A DNA stretch of 64,000 bases, from positions 186,001 to 250,000 of the forward strand of contig JBEWZL010000282.1 of assembly GCA_045837725.1 (NCBI GenBank). Direction: 5' to 3'. This DNA is from Vermamoeba vermiformis. Its lineage: Eukaryota. Of the stretch, positions 1 to 12,833 are shown piece by piece; the first letter of the stretch is position 1, and each line of letters opens with the position of its first letter. The notes below the pieces were generated by a model, which saw nothing but the letters and a program-made list of their open reading frames with translations, searched no databases and was not told the origin of the DNA. The translations under genes were made by a program, and so were the position numbers.

Positions 1-682
1 ACTTACTGGCGTAAATCCACCGGTTGGGTTGGTCCAAGTAAAGTTTTTAGGTGAAAAGCTGAAGCCGCTCGAACTGAGATTGATCATAAACAGAGCTTTG
101 TTCATCGTGCACACGGCAACTGAATAGAAAATTAGACACTTGCTAGTATTATGCCGGCATATATAATGTTTGCGGAGTTAAAAATTATTGGCGGTGAGCG
201 TTGGATTTTTTGGTTTTTTGAGAACTTACCCCGCGCGTTGGCCGAGTCAATTTGATAGACAGACATGCTCGTAATCATGTTATTGCTTGGTAATGTAATG
301 AACGTGCTGAAAGAGCTGGAAGTAAGAGGCGTAGTTGACTTTCAGAAAAATGTTAGTGGATGTCATTCTACTGCGAGATTCTGAACCGCTAAATTATAGT
401 ATTTTGTTTAATTAGACTTACCCTGGCAATCTTGCTATCACCTCCGTAAAGATAATAAGTTGTGCCTGAGATGGAATAGGTTGCAGTTACACTCGTGGCG
501 CCGATAGCCAAGTTACCGGATGCAACATTCTGGTAAATATTAGATTAACATACACCGCCCATCATTTAACAAATTTAAAAATTAGTATCACTTACAGCCA
601 TGCCGAGTGTTTGGCCGAACGTCAGACTCACACAGTAAGCCGCGAGAAAGATCCCGATAAGATTGACAAGTGCAACTCCCAT
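1..682 (-). CDS. Secreted/surface protein of unknown function (5' part only, runs off the window)
   Basis: ATG at 682; exon 1 (596-682) gives signal-peptide-like MGVALVNLIGIFLAAYCVSLTFGQ; further S/T-rich exons join in frame across GT-AG introns. Confidence 0.7.
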
Positions 683-2264
683 CGATCTTTTGTTCTCTCG
701 CGTGGTTGTGGTAATTGCAATAATATTAATAAGCTAAAAATGCTGAGTGTGAATTAGCGCGAGTTTTTATTGGCAGCCTTGCCGAAATTTGACAAATGTC
801 ACTCCAAACTTACACAAACAGCCCAATAACAACGCAAGTTATATCATGCTTACGACGTAACTTTAGAATGCACTAGCATTAGATTGAGACTGTTTCATAT
901 TTGCAACGGAGAATCTCGAATTTAGTTTGCTAAATTTAGGGCGCTAAGATTGATGCAGACGGGACTAAACTTAGGACCTTTGCATATCTTGACTATGAGA
1001 CCGCTGGTGGTCGACAATTAATTTAAATGAAGATAACCGCTAATAGGGTTCGACTGCCGATATTGATTTGGGACAGCCGAAAAGAAATGTGGGCACAAAC
1101 GAGTGCAATGTGAAATAAAAATAAAAAAAGAGAATGCGACCCCCCAACAGGGCGGAATACCCAACAATCGGTTTTTACACCAACGGTTGAATTCACAGGC
1201 TATTGTCTCAAGTGAAAGATTAAGTCATTGTTGTTGTTAAGGCCCGAATCCTTGCGGAAACAGGTACTCAATAATAATGGGGAACTTGTGCACCCGCGTT
1301 TATTCAGGTAGGAACTCGATCTGCTCTGTGGTCCTATTGCTAGGATAACGAATTAGAACAGACCAAGCCACCCTCCAGCACTGCTCTACCATACGCCTCG
1401 CAAACGCTAAGGAGGCAATAGAACAATGACGGATCGCCGCGGGACCGCATCCTCAGGTATTGAAGCACTTCTCAGTTTGGTCTTGACGGAACCTGCGCAT
1501 CTCAAAATATTTCTTTTGGGAGCAAACCAGCCACAAATAACAAATTATTCTTGCGTATTTCTCTACCCCAAAACACAAATAGCAACCAAGCACGTACCTT
1601 GTTGTTTGAGTACGCATCCGTGTCACATCCGATCACCGACTACGTGCATAAGGTCTTTATATTCTAGAGGTGGACGTGTTGAAAGATATTGATGGCATTA
1701 TAATTGGACTTAGGAAGCCACAAAACAGGAGCCAAAGGTTCAACAGAGAACTCCTGATTCAGAATCTTCGTGATCGCCTGGTAAATAGGATTAATACAAA
1801 CTCGCATTTATAATTTTTATATTCTTCGGATTTATTATTATACAGTAGTACTATTACAAGTTATGTACCAATCATCAGAAAATAACAAATTAGAATTTTA
1901 ATTTAAATTTATTTTCATCTGGCAGCCAGTAACTGAGTTCAACCAAAACGGTGCAAAATATTGCGCTGGTAATTAAAGTACAAATTTAACATTTAATTGC
2001 GAGTCTCGAGGAGCACGTACCACTCTCAAAAATATTGCAATACATACTCACTATTTACTGTGAGCGTGGATCTTCAAGGATCACATCAATACAAACTAAA
2101 ATAATATCACATTGTTGTATCGTTGTTACGCTGCGTAATCATTAATGATGTTTATTCACAAAAAACCGATCAGCTCAATTTGCGCGTTACATTTTGCGCG
2201 CCAACATCACTGCTCGTTAATAAATATGTTTACATTATATTATAACTACCCTAGCTAGGCTTAT

Positions 2265-3030
2265 CTACCATCGTAGGGTTCTACCACGAACGTATACAGC
2301 TAAAATAATGATTGCGATGTACAGGGCCAAAAGAATCGCATTGATGATGTATCCCGCAAGTCCGCAAGTCTGAGCGATGCAAATAATTAAGCTAACCACA
2401 GTCAAGGCAGCAATAACGATCTAAATAAGGAGGTTGAATTAGTTTCGTGAGTTAATTTGTAGCCAGATCAAGCTTCGGATGTCACCCGAAGTTTGGTCAG
2501 GGATTTTAGGGCAAACTAAGGAAAGACTAGGTCGGTACAGTAGTGATTAACTATGTTCCTATGAGATTTCAGCCCGTACAAAAAAATCAACCGAGATCCA
2601 CGGTTAAAACTCGGGTTAATGACTCGCGATTGGCACGCAGAATCTTTTCGAATCATGCCGATCTTTCCGATAATATCAAAATATAAATATGACATAATAC
2701 TCGCTCATTTGGTATTGAATATACAAAATCGAAAAGATTTTTTTTTAGATCCGATACTTACGAAGCCAATAGCGGCAAAGAACAGCAAAATTCTATGAGC
2801 TAACCATGCGCCCACGCAACCTAGAATAGCAAACACCAATATAAGCACTTGCACGATTATACTGAACGGATAGCCAGCCGAGAAGGTGAAAAAGCCTACG
2901 AATGCGAGAACTCCTGCGATCTAGTTAACGAGTATTAGCGACACGATCGATGATTGTGACATGTGCGTATACATACCAAGCAGAAGATGAAAAGCAAGAT
3001 TTGATTGACTGATAATGTAACGACGCCCAT
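2265..3030 (-). CDS. Small (~120 aa) four-TM membrane protein
   Basis: Three phase-0 exons: MGVVTLSVNQILLFIFCL | IAGVLAFVGFF...LFFAAIGF | IVIAALTVV...VRGRTLRW*; four hydrophobic stretches. Confidence 0.75.
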
Positions 3031-3781
3031 TCCGCTTGAGTTACTTGTGATTGTGCTAGCTTGACGACGTTAGAAATAACAATATGAGGCATTAGAAAAC
3101 AACCGGTTTTCTTTTTATAGGTTAATTTGGTGCGCAGCCACGTGATACTTTCAAAGAATAGGTGGCGCAAATTGCCTGTTATTACGCCGTCACGTTTTTT
3201 GTATTACGCTCTCGTTGTAGACCACGGCTAACCGCAAAAGTATATTCGTAGATTCCAACGGACAAGCGGTGAGCAACTGAGTATTACTGAATCGTGGATG
3301 TCGGCAGAAGATTACGGATTTCATGATTTCATACTGTAAAATTAGTATGCGTATTAAAATTATATCGGTAGTTGTATATTTAAAGAGTTTGAAGGGAACT
3401 ACTCCTGAAGTATACTTTTTGTTTGGAGTTATGCGTGTTCGTTAGATTGACTGAAATCCGACCTGCAACAAAAAGGGTGATTTTTTGTAACGTGTTACCT
3501 TTAGATAGGGCCTAGGGATTACTTCCTTGTCATTGACATTGATTTGACCGTTATTTGTTCGCTGAAAAAGAACAGATGTCAAAAAATAGTTTGACACGAG
3601 CAATTTTTTTTATCTCACCGTTCATCTCCTCTTTATTTAACGAGCGACGTTTTTCCGAGGACCACATCAAAGTCGAATTGTGCAGACACGAGACTAGCAG
3701 CTCGCTTTGTTATTAGCCGAGAAGAAAACCAAAAGTCACATCCCAACTTTTGCCAATATTTCCATTTAAACACTAATAACA

Positions 3782-5591
3782 ATGCCCAAGTGTCCACAGT
3801 GCGGAACCAAGAACAAAAAAGCGTATAAATTCTGCTCTAATTGCGGTGCGCAGAGCGAAGAAGTTACAGGCGCTGGTAGCAAACATCATATTGCTGGTAA
3901 TATTTCCATCTCCAAAATTATTATTTCAATGACGGAATGCGATTCTCTCCGTACTTCTACGCGATAGGAAGTGCATTACCATTATCTTTCTGGGCATCGT
4001 CATTTGAAAAATGTTGATTGATAATTTAATTTTTTATTAATTTAATATTCGTCGGATGTAGTGATGGGCGGTGCTGCCGTAGGCAAGAGCGCGCTGACAA
4101 TTCGATTTGTAATGAAGAAGTTCGTCACAGAGGTACGTATTGGATTATTTTCCATCCCAAACCGTGCCCGACGCATACCTGATTTGACGGGCGAAAAAAA
4201 AATTCAGTCAAATCTAATATAGCTTGGTCAAAAATAGCCTAAATTTCAAGCAGTTTCTATTGATCAAGCATTAATTCAATTACTAAATGCTATTCCCGCC
4301 CTAACGTCACGCAATTTTGACTTGTCAAACTCCCATCTAACGGTCATTTTTTATCAATAGTACGACCCGACCATCGAAGACCGATATGTATCCTTATTAA
4401 TCAAATGAGCTGATAATTATTATAACTATTTAATGCTAACCCCTTTTGATTTATTGTACACGTTTTTCTTAACTCGATCGAAGGAAAAATCATTGGAATA
4501 CAAAGAGATCCCGCTCATGTTGGAAATTTTAGACACTGCTGGCACGGTTAGTACTTAATATGAACTTTAACGCCTTTGCGCTCTTGATTATGCAACTGAT
4601 AAATTTTGTTCCCTCGATCTCATTTTGACGATTTTGTGCGCTTTGCCTTGACATTTTAATTATAAAATTATTGCGCTACTTGTTAAATTGAGCAAGTTTA
4701 TCGCCCTTAATAGCTATTTATGGCGTTCCGACAATAACTGACATATTTGGATCTGATCAGGAATATTTCTCGGCCATTAGAGAGCTGTATATGAAAAACG
4801 GAGAGGTACGTTGCATTACATATATTAATAGATCGACAATACAATATTTTCAATGGCAATTAATTAAATACAAAACTTTGCAAACATTTGTAATCGTAGC
4901 TCGCCGCACCTATTTTGAACAGTGCTTTTAAATACCCCTAACGATATTTTTAAATATATTCTTCTATTTATAGTGCAACTAATCTTATTTTTACTATTTT
5001 TAGGGCTTCATCTTGGTGTACGATATTACAAACAAAAAGACACTAGAAGACGTCGATAAAATTCGCAAAGATATCGTTCGAATTAAAACAACAGATAACG
5101 TACGTGTTCTCTATGCTTCTCAAGCTATTTATAGTAATTAACGGTGTATTAAATCGGATCTAGGTCCCCATGGTACTCGTGGGAAACAAAGTTGATTTAG
5201 AAAAGAACAGAAAAGTTGAAACTCAAGAAGCTAAGGATATTGTAAGTACTACAATACTATTAGTGACACTTTTGCGCTTAAATTGGCTTTAAACGCTCGT
5301 GTAACGGCCGCGCTAAAAATGTCATAGCAGATGCGCTTAAAAAGTCATTTCAAAATAATAACAGCGATATATTTACGTACTAAAATATCAATATGGTGTA
5401 TTTTGTATATTTACCGCGTACTTACGCTATTTTAGGCCAAAATGTACGGCTGCCAACAGATCGAAGCATCTGCGAAAACGGGCAAGAACGTCGACGAAGT
5501 TTTTACGACCGTAATTGATGCTATTTGGGCAAAGAATGGTGGTCCACCAAAGAAGGAAAAAGAAAAGGACGGCAAATGCATTATTTTCTAA
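3782..5591 (+). CDS. Ras/Rap-family small GTPase with N-terminal zinc ribbon
   Basis: CPQC..CSNC, then GGAAVGKS, YDPTIEDRY, LDTAGTE, VGNKVD, EASAK, a polybasic tail and CAAX (CIIF) over spliced exons. Confidence 0.9.
4388..4483 (+). other. U12-type (minor spliceosome) GT-AG intron in the Ras gene
   Basis: 5' site GTATCCTT; branch-like TTTCTTAAC 10 nt before the AG; removal restores IEDRY|EKSLEY. Confidence 0.8.
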
Positions 5592-6179
5592 AATCAGGTT
5601 CGAAAGCGATCTCAAATCTGTTTTTAGAAATTAGCATTTCCTTAATATAATATTTAATAATTGCTTTCTTATACGAAATAATAATAAAAGCATGTACATA
5701 CCTCTACTCAAAGCGCAGAAAAAAATAATAACCCATTTTGCTCGAAAATTGCTAATTCAAACCAATTATAATATGATACCTGCCCAATATCATGATATAT
5801 TCGGTTATGAATAGTAATTTTAGGAGTAAAGTGGTCCATTGTATTGTAGTACAAATAAAGTACATTTAGAACAAACAAGTGATAGCGCACATTTTCTTCG
5901 CGTAAAATGGCTTACTGAGAATAAATTAACGATAAAAATATACCTAAAGCAATGTATGATGCACTTGGCATGCAAGGGAACATTATTGCAACAACGGCCT
6001 GCGTTGTAAATCCGCGAGTTGAAATCAAAGCGCTTCCTGACGCGGCGTCAGGCTAACTAGTGAATTAAGGACATAAAATGTCTTAAGTCGCAATTATATG
6101 ATGTCAGAAACTAGTATTAAGTTGTTTGTGCGTTTCCAGTTGCGGTTGCTTTCTTCCACGCGACCAGAAAATTTTTCCT

Positions 6180-6181
<2 letters not shown>

Positions 6182-6214
<33 letters not shown>
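6182..6214. repeat. Poly(T) tract upstream of TTC1
   Basis: 33 consecutive T. Confidence 0.9.
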
Positions 6215-6215
<1 letters not shown>

Positions 6216-6301
6216 ATTTGAGCAAAGAGGCACGCTCCCAGTCATACGTTATTTTAGATCGAACGAAAAAAACAAATACAACAACTGTCTAACAATCAAT
6301 A

Positions 6302-7456
6302 ATGGAAAAATCACCGAGAGGTAATCCCTTAACGCTAAAATTGCAATCTTTACGAGTCTAACAATTGTTGTGACGGACAGAAGAGTCATCTGTAACCGAG
6401 ATCACGAATGAGGCTTCAAAAGTCGAGGAGTCAACAACAGTAGATGAGTCTAAAGAAGTCGTAGAAGTATTATCGCCGGAAGAATTGGAAAAAGTAAGTT
6501 TTTGAAAGAAACAAATTGGTGACTAATTGACTTTGCGAATTTATTAAATATTAATTAATTCGAATAATTCGTTACTACGCATCTTTGAATACGTGCACTA
6601 TTAAATTTAACGACTGAGAATATTCCTTTAATTTTTAATAATTTTTTGGGCCGACGAAATTAAATTGAAACTTCCTTCTCCGGTAAAACCGACACAAATA
6701 ATTAATTAATTGTACAATTAGCGATTCACAATGGCAAACGAATTAAAAGAGCAAGGAAATAAGGCTTATAGTGAGAAAAATTTTGACGAGGTACGGAAAG
6801 TTTGGACGAACGGAGCGAATCCTGACCGTTCCTTCTTCGTTCATTGGTGACACAATATCATATTAATATAAGATTATAGGCTATTGCTATGTACACACGC
6901 GCTATTGATTTATTTTCGAAAACAAAAGATCCGCGCGGAGCACTGTTTTACGGCAACAGAGCCGCGTCATATTTGCAACTTGAAGATTACGAATCGGTTG
7001 TCGAAGATTGTACTAAGTAAGTACTATACATTCATAGTAATATAGGTTTATATAGATCATTAGTAGTATGACAGCAAATGCTTCTTATGGGTGGTAAGAA
7101 AAAATATTGACAAAAAATTCCTTTTTAGGGCAATTGGTCTAGACTCGTGTTATTTGAAAGGTTTTATGCGAAGAGCAATTGCACACGAAAAACTGAATAA
7201 TTTAAGCGAGGCACTCGATGATTACAAAAAAGTTTTGGAACTAGAACCGAGTTCTGTCACTGCACACGAGGCTGTTAAACGATTACCAGGAGAAATTAAA
7301 ATTAAACAAGAAAAGGAAAAAGAACAAATGCTAGGCCAATTGAAAGAATTAGGAAATAAGTTGTTAGGCACGTTTGGATTGAGTTTGGATAATTTCAAGT
7401 TTGAGCAGGATAATTCTGGTTCGTACAAGATCAATTTCAACCAAGGCAAGAAATAA
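6302..7456 (+). CDS. TTC1: Tetratricopeptide repeat protein 1
   Basis: Three TPRs (ANELKEQGNKAY; FYGNRAASY; KGFMRRAIAHE) and the characteristic C-terminus MLGQLKELGNKLLGTFGLSLDNFK. Confidence 0.85.
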
Positions 7457-7684
7457 ATAAAAGCGCACCAAATTTCTTCGAATACAATCAAATGTAATAA
7501 ATATCGATTTATGAAGCTTCGTATTCAGATCTGCCTATCTGCACTACCAACAGGCACAGCTTCGTTAACTTATGATACAATCCCTTGACGAATATAGGTT
7601 CTTAGTAACATTTAGCATAAGAGGTAAAGGTTTAATAATTGTATAAATACTACTTTCATGAGATCTGATCGCCGTGTAACAGAA

Positions 7685-9495
7685 CTATTTATTTTTGAGA
7701 CTAGCGTCCCATGAACAGCGCCATTCCGTTACACCTAATAGATAGTGATCAGTGTTCCAGCCTGCAGCGTCTAATTTCTCCAAGAACGATTCGAATAGCT
7801 TGGATGTATCGTTCGCCGATTTGTACTGCTTTCTGTGCATTAATTCTGCTGTAAAATAAGCCTTCATAATGTCCTTTTGATGCGCTTCTTTATGGATGGC
7901 AAATAGTATGCTTTCCTTCGTTCGTTTAAGCAAAAATTTCTCGCCATTTGACGCGTTAATCAGATCCACCAATTCGTCATAGTTATTGTGCACTAAATTG
8001 CTGATAGAGCATCCTAATATAGTCTATATAGACCGATTAGACGGATATTTACATATTATAATTCAATAGCACGTACTTTTTTCGAATCGAAATGCAAGAT
8101 CCTCTCCCGCTTCGATATTTCCGTCGGATCAGGGATGGTACCTGAAAATCAATATGCTCAATACGATGCTTAAAAATGATTATGTTAGCTTTTAACGTAC
8201 CGTCTTTAAGGAATTGATCCAGTACGAGATCTGCTCGTTGTCGATTTAATTTTTCGAGGATGACGCCGCTAACGGCCTTATAGTTAGCAAGCAAGTGCAT
8301 TATAGTTAAAAATACATAAGCAGCCCAGATCATCGTATTGCTGCGTGTTATGATCGGAATCAAAACAGTCGCTAAAACTAATCCGAGCAATGAGTTCGCA
8401 GTTTCCTGACTGCCATCCTTTGCAGCAACATCTAAAATAAGACAATTAAATTTAAATTTAAATTGTGGAATAATCCTCCTTGACGGAAGATCTTCTCGCT
8501 AAATTTCCTTGCTTCGTGTTCCGAGCTAAAAAGTCAGTTATTTACCGGCCATATTATTTCTACGCGCTTGATGTTGCGTAAGCGCTGCTCTAGTCGCACC
8601 ACCAGCTACTCCAACAATTGCTTTCATAACTCCCGCTACAATTCAACATCCAAAGTTAGACGTGCGTTAAACATTCAAAATCCGTATTAAATGATATTAC
8701 CTATACTAGCTAAAAGAAGGAAATACTTTGGAAATATTCCAATCAAAATTTCAAAAAAGAACGCGCTGTCGTTAATCAAATCCGCCATTAATCTCCATGT
8801 CTTTGCATTGCAATCCAGATTTGACCCCTATAATTACCATAGTCACTATTAGACTCGCTGCTATTATGTCTCCTTACCTGGATCCACGTAAACATAATGC
8901 TTCCAAGTTTAGATGCACCATCTTTCAGAATCTTCTCGTGTGATTAGGTTTATATGGCAACAATATGATACTATGCGATTGTACTCACATATTGAACGGC
9001 AGCCGCTGTCGGATCTGCTTCAGCTTCGCCGACACCAGCACCAACAAGAATCGCCTGTCAAAAAGTGTCATTTTTCATTCGCTCCGAATGATACGCAATC
9101 GATAATTTGCAATGCACTATAATGGAGTACTTACCCTGGTCGCTAATGTGCCTGTTAGCGAACTACACAACGCTTGGATCGAGTCCCAGATTTGGTATGA
9201 CAAATAATCTTTGCTTACAGAGTGCGGATAACCTGGATATTATTTTTAAATATTTGCACAATTAGAATATAATTATTCAAGGCTTAACGGACCTTCAGGA
9301 AGGAACGCTTCATAAAAAAATTGTTTGAATGATCCTTTACTCGTTGATTGCTTCTCTAATGCGATCCTAATTGTTACTTAATATTAATATATATTATTTA
9401 CCATTATTGATGCTAAAATCAATTTACTCTTTTTGATCGGTGACGTAGCACTTTTTGATCGTCCCACACGTCTCTTCAAACACTATTTTCTTCAT
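7685..9495 (-). CDS. RUS1: RUS1 / DUF647 family protein (C16orf58-like)
   Basis: FLPEGYPHSVSKDYLSYQIWDSIQ, DVAAKDGSQET, HLLANYKAV...LNRQR motifs. Confidence 0.88.
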
Positions 9496-9844
9496 AGTTC
9501 TAACACTACAATATGTCGTAGAATATGTGGTGCTTAACACGAAGTGAACAGTCAATTCCAAAGAGATTCAATTTCGTGTTTAAGATATCGAAGAACTATT
9601 TGTGTGTCTGAGCCTGAATACGAGTGCCTATTTGCTTACTCGTATTGGGTAGCTCAGTGGTATGTTATTTCACGCTATTCGGCGCTAACAGGTCAAATTA
9701 AGATTTCCTCCCTCGATCTCAACTAGGGAGGCAAAGTACAACGGTTAGTACGAAAAGAACTGCTCGATTTAGTCAAAACATGCAAGTGTAGCAGGTGTAC
9801 TTGTCGCATATATATTCTTAAACGAGAATAAGAAGGAGAATAGT

Positions 9845-12011
9845 ATGCATCTGCTGATCAAGTTAGGTGCGGGACTTCTTTTAGCTATTGAAGGGTACTC
9901 CGCGAGCAACGTTCAGTGCGATAACGGAAATTGCTATAGTACATATAATACAGGTAAGCAATTATGTTGCATTTTAGTCTAGTCTAAAATAATTTTTATT
10001 CAAATCTGTCGGAGCGTAAAAATTAAAGTCTAATAAACCTGTATTATTTGTAGATAATAAGACGGCATTTAATATGGTCATTTGGATTGTTGGAGCTGTA
10101 TTCATATTAGTAACAGTTTCTCTACTATGCGCCACTAAATCCAAAAAGACTCCCAAAGCTTCTTCACGACGTGAAGCTATTCAGCCTACAATAGTTGATG
10201 AAAAGTCAAATCAATACCGCGAACTAGAGAAGGTAATATTTATTCTCTAATATTCGGTACAAATTTTACTCAATCTGCTCAAATTTCAACTTCGCCTGCT
10301 AACTTTAATGTTATTCTAGATGCTGCTTAATAATTTGGAACTTGTTAATATAGTCGGAGAACATGCCCCATTTTCACTTAACGACGGACTTTCTCGCAGT
10401 TTAGTTCTGATCTTTGAATCTAACAAATCCATTCTCGCTTTGTTGCACAGACTTATCGACACCGATATTCAAGACGCATGTAAGTCTAATATACATCATT
10501 TTAGTAATATTCGAGCCATTTTAACAACTCCGTAGCTGTACGCTTCGAACAAGAGAACACCCTACTTCGCAAGAACAGTTTTTGCAGCAAAGTCCTGTCA
10601 TATTACAATAGGACATCCTCTTTGCTATATCTCAGACGCATCTTGCACCCTGTACTATCAGATATAGTCCGAGATAACGTCTATTGCGAAATTGATACGT
10701 CAAAGTTGCCACAGGGCACTGAAGTTGAACCGAGCCAAAAATACCTCTTGGACAAATGCAATTTAATTCTGACGGCTATATTGGGATCTATTAACGATGC
10801 TCCACCGTAAGTTTTTGATTTGCCTAATTTGGCAAAGTTTCAAACGCGTGGATTAGGCTAACGTGCTATTTTTAGAAATTTACGTAACTTGAGCCATTAT
10901 TTGAAGAAACAAGTCGTTGCTCATTTGCCGAAGTATTCATCAGTGCTTAATAACTACAATAACTTTGACACGGCCACCTCAATTGATGTCATTGAAGAAG
11001 TTGAAGAAAAATCGTCGTCTTCATCTTCATCATCATCGTCTTCTAGTGATAAGAAAAGCGAACCTAAACAAGATGATACTAAGCGCGAGTCAACGGCATC
11101 GAACAGCAATAATAACATGAGTCTGCCATTGAAACAAAGCGACAACGGTGAAAAACAACAGCAAGACAAAGAGATCTCGAGTTCGGAGAGCGAGAAGAAA
11201 GAGAACATTAACATGACGTCATCAATGCCGCCGTCCATGGAAAGCAATCCTGGCACGCCTAAGAGTCCGAGCAAGAAAAAGACTACTGGACGCAAGCGAA
11301 GGAAGAGCAGCTGTTTTGGCATTGACGACGATGAAGAGGACAAAGAAGAGAACAATCAAGTCTTTTACAACGCTATTGGCTCCATGCTCTTCTTGCGCCT
11401 ATATTGTCCAGCCATTTCTGTGCCCTCTGAGAACTCGCTCGTGAACGGTAAGTCACGTGCTGAAAGTGATTTTGAGACCCTTACTGACATCATGCTAGAA
11501 CGACCTCGAGAGAATGCTAAGCGAACGTTGACGCTTGTAGCCAAGATCTTACAGAACTTGGCTAATGGCGTACGATTTGGTCGAAAAGAACCGTTCATGA
11601 CCGTGATGAACCCCTTCATTAGCGACAACTTGGCTAACATTAAGCGCTTCTTTGACGACTTTGCTGTAAGTCTTATATTCATTAATTGTTAGTAGAAGGG
11701 ACCTAATGTTATGTTCGTAGTCTACTGAGATCAATGAGCCCAAGGACTCTGCTAAAAATGTTGATCTGCCAGCGGATGTGAGAGAAAGTGCTTTGAAAGT
11801 TATTTTTGCTTCGATAGTAGCTGTCGAGGATAAGGTACGAGAACCGCTTCATTGCAATACATTAGTGCTAATGGTTTTATAGTTGCAAAAGGAGAAGTAT
11901 TATGATTCATTGTGCCGAATTCTGGATGCAATCGGTCGAGATGTGGCAAGCTCTCCGTCGATGAACGCGGCCAAGAGGAGAGTCCAAGAGTACAATCCGT
12001 ACCAGCAGTAG
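9845..12011 (+). CDS. Neurofibromin-like RasGAP with predicted signal peptide and one TM helix
   Basis: Arg-finger LLRKNS, FLRLYCPAI, LTLVAKILQNLANGVRFGRKE; exons 1-2 give a hydrophobic leader and TM MVIWIVGAVFILVTVSLLC. Confidence 0.85.
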
Positions 12012-12143
12012 GTCTAAAATGTACAATATTGATTTTGTATTTACTTGAAAATGTACTGTAAAGTAGTAAAATTTCGTTTCACAAACGCTCGGGCTGACAA
12101 AAAAATCATTGGTCGAGTAAATTTTATTGTTATTTCAATTCTC

Positions 12144-12485
12144 ATGGCAGAACTAGACTTCACACATATTAAAGAAGTAGCTTTAGCTGTTAAGACGCTT
12201 CAAGCTAAAGTCAACGCGCAAGAATTCAGCGATCTGCTCATCCAGTCCAAGATGCTTGCTGACAACAGCATAGAAGTGATTAAAATGATTGCAAAATTAG
12301 GTTGGATTGAGTTAGCTGTTCAATTCAAGGTTTCGATTCGTGATAGCTTAGTTTCAGCTCGAGATGTAGTGCAAAACAAAGAAGAGGAGAAAGTTACTGC
12401 TTTACAAACTGCATTACAAACAGCAGGTGCCAATACTGTGGAGATAATTAAGCGAGTAAGAGAATATCAAAGCGCGCAAAATTAA
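12144..12485 (+). CDS. Small intronless all-helical protein (113 aa), function unknown
   Basis: Open frame MAELDFTHIKEVALAVK...; amphipathic helical pattern. Confidence 0.6.
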   Translation: MAELDFTHIKEVALAVKTLQAKVNAQEFSDLLIQSKMLADNSIEVIKMIAKLGWIELAVQFKVSIRDSLVSARDVVQNKEEEKVTALQTALQTAGANTVEIIKRVREYQSAQN

Positions 12486-12833
12486 CTGAAAAAATAAAAG
12501 GTAACTGACGAAAATAAATTCGATTGACCTGTAATTGACCAATTATTATTAAATAGGCATCACTTGTATTATATGTAAATAAGAAAAATATAATAAATCA
12601 AATTCTGGCTTACCCAATTTTGATTCAATTACGACCAAAAGTAGATCCGGTCCCCGTTACTTATATTGCCCTTGCTTAATGTATTATGAATATGACGGCA
12701 ATAATATGACAGGGACAGTTAATGCAATTTTTAAAATCGAAATTTATTGTACAAAACGTAGGAGGGCCTGTAATGCTTCAATTTGAAAACTTTACAACAG
12801 GAAACTTATTTATATATATTATATTATATTATA

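Noticed and set aside
1426-1692. 88-aa plus-strand ORF and other short ORFs in the 25.3-27.2 kb and 34-41 kb spacers
   Set aside because: No recognisable motifs or consistent exon chains; lengths compatible with chance
10954-11682. Long minus-strand ORFs over the RasGAP (also 31445-31789, 54888-55259, 18397-18816)
   Set aside because: Shadow frames antisense to real, often low-complexity, coding exons
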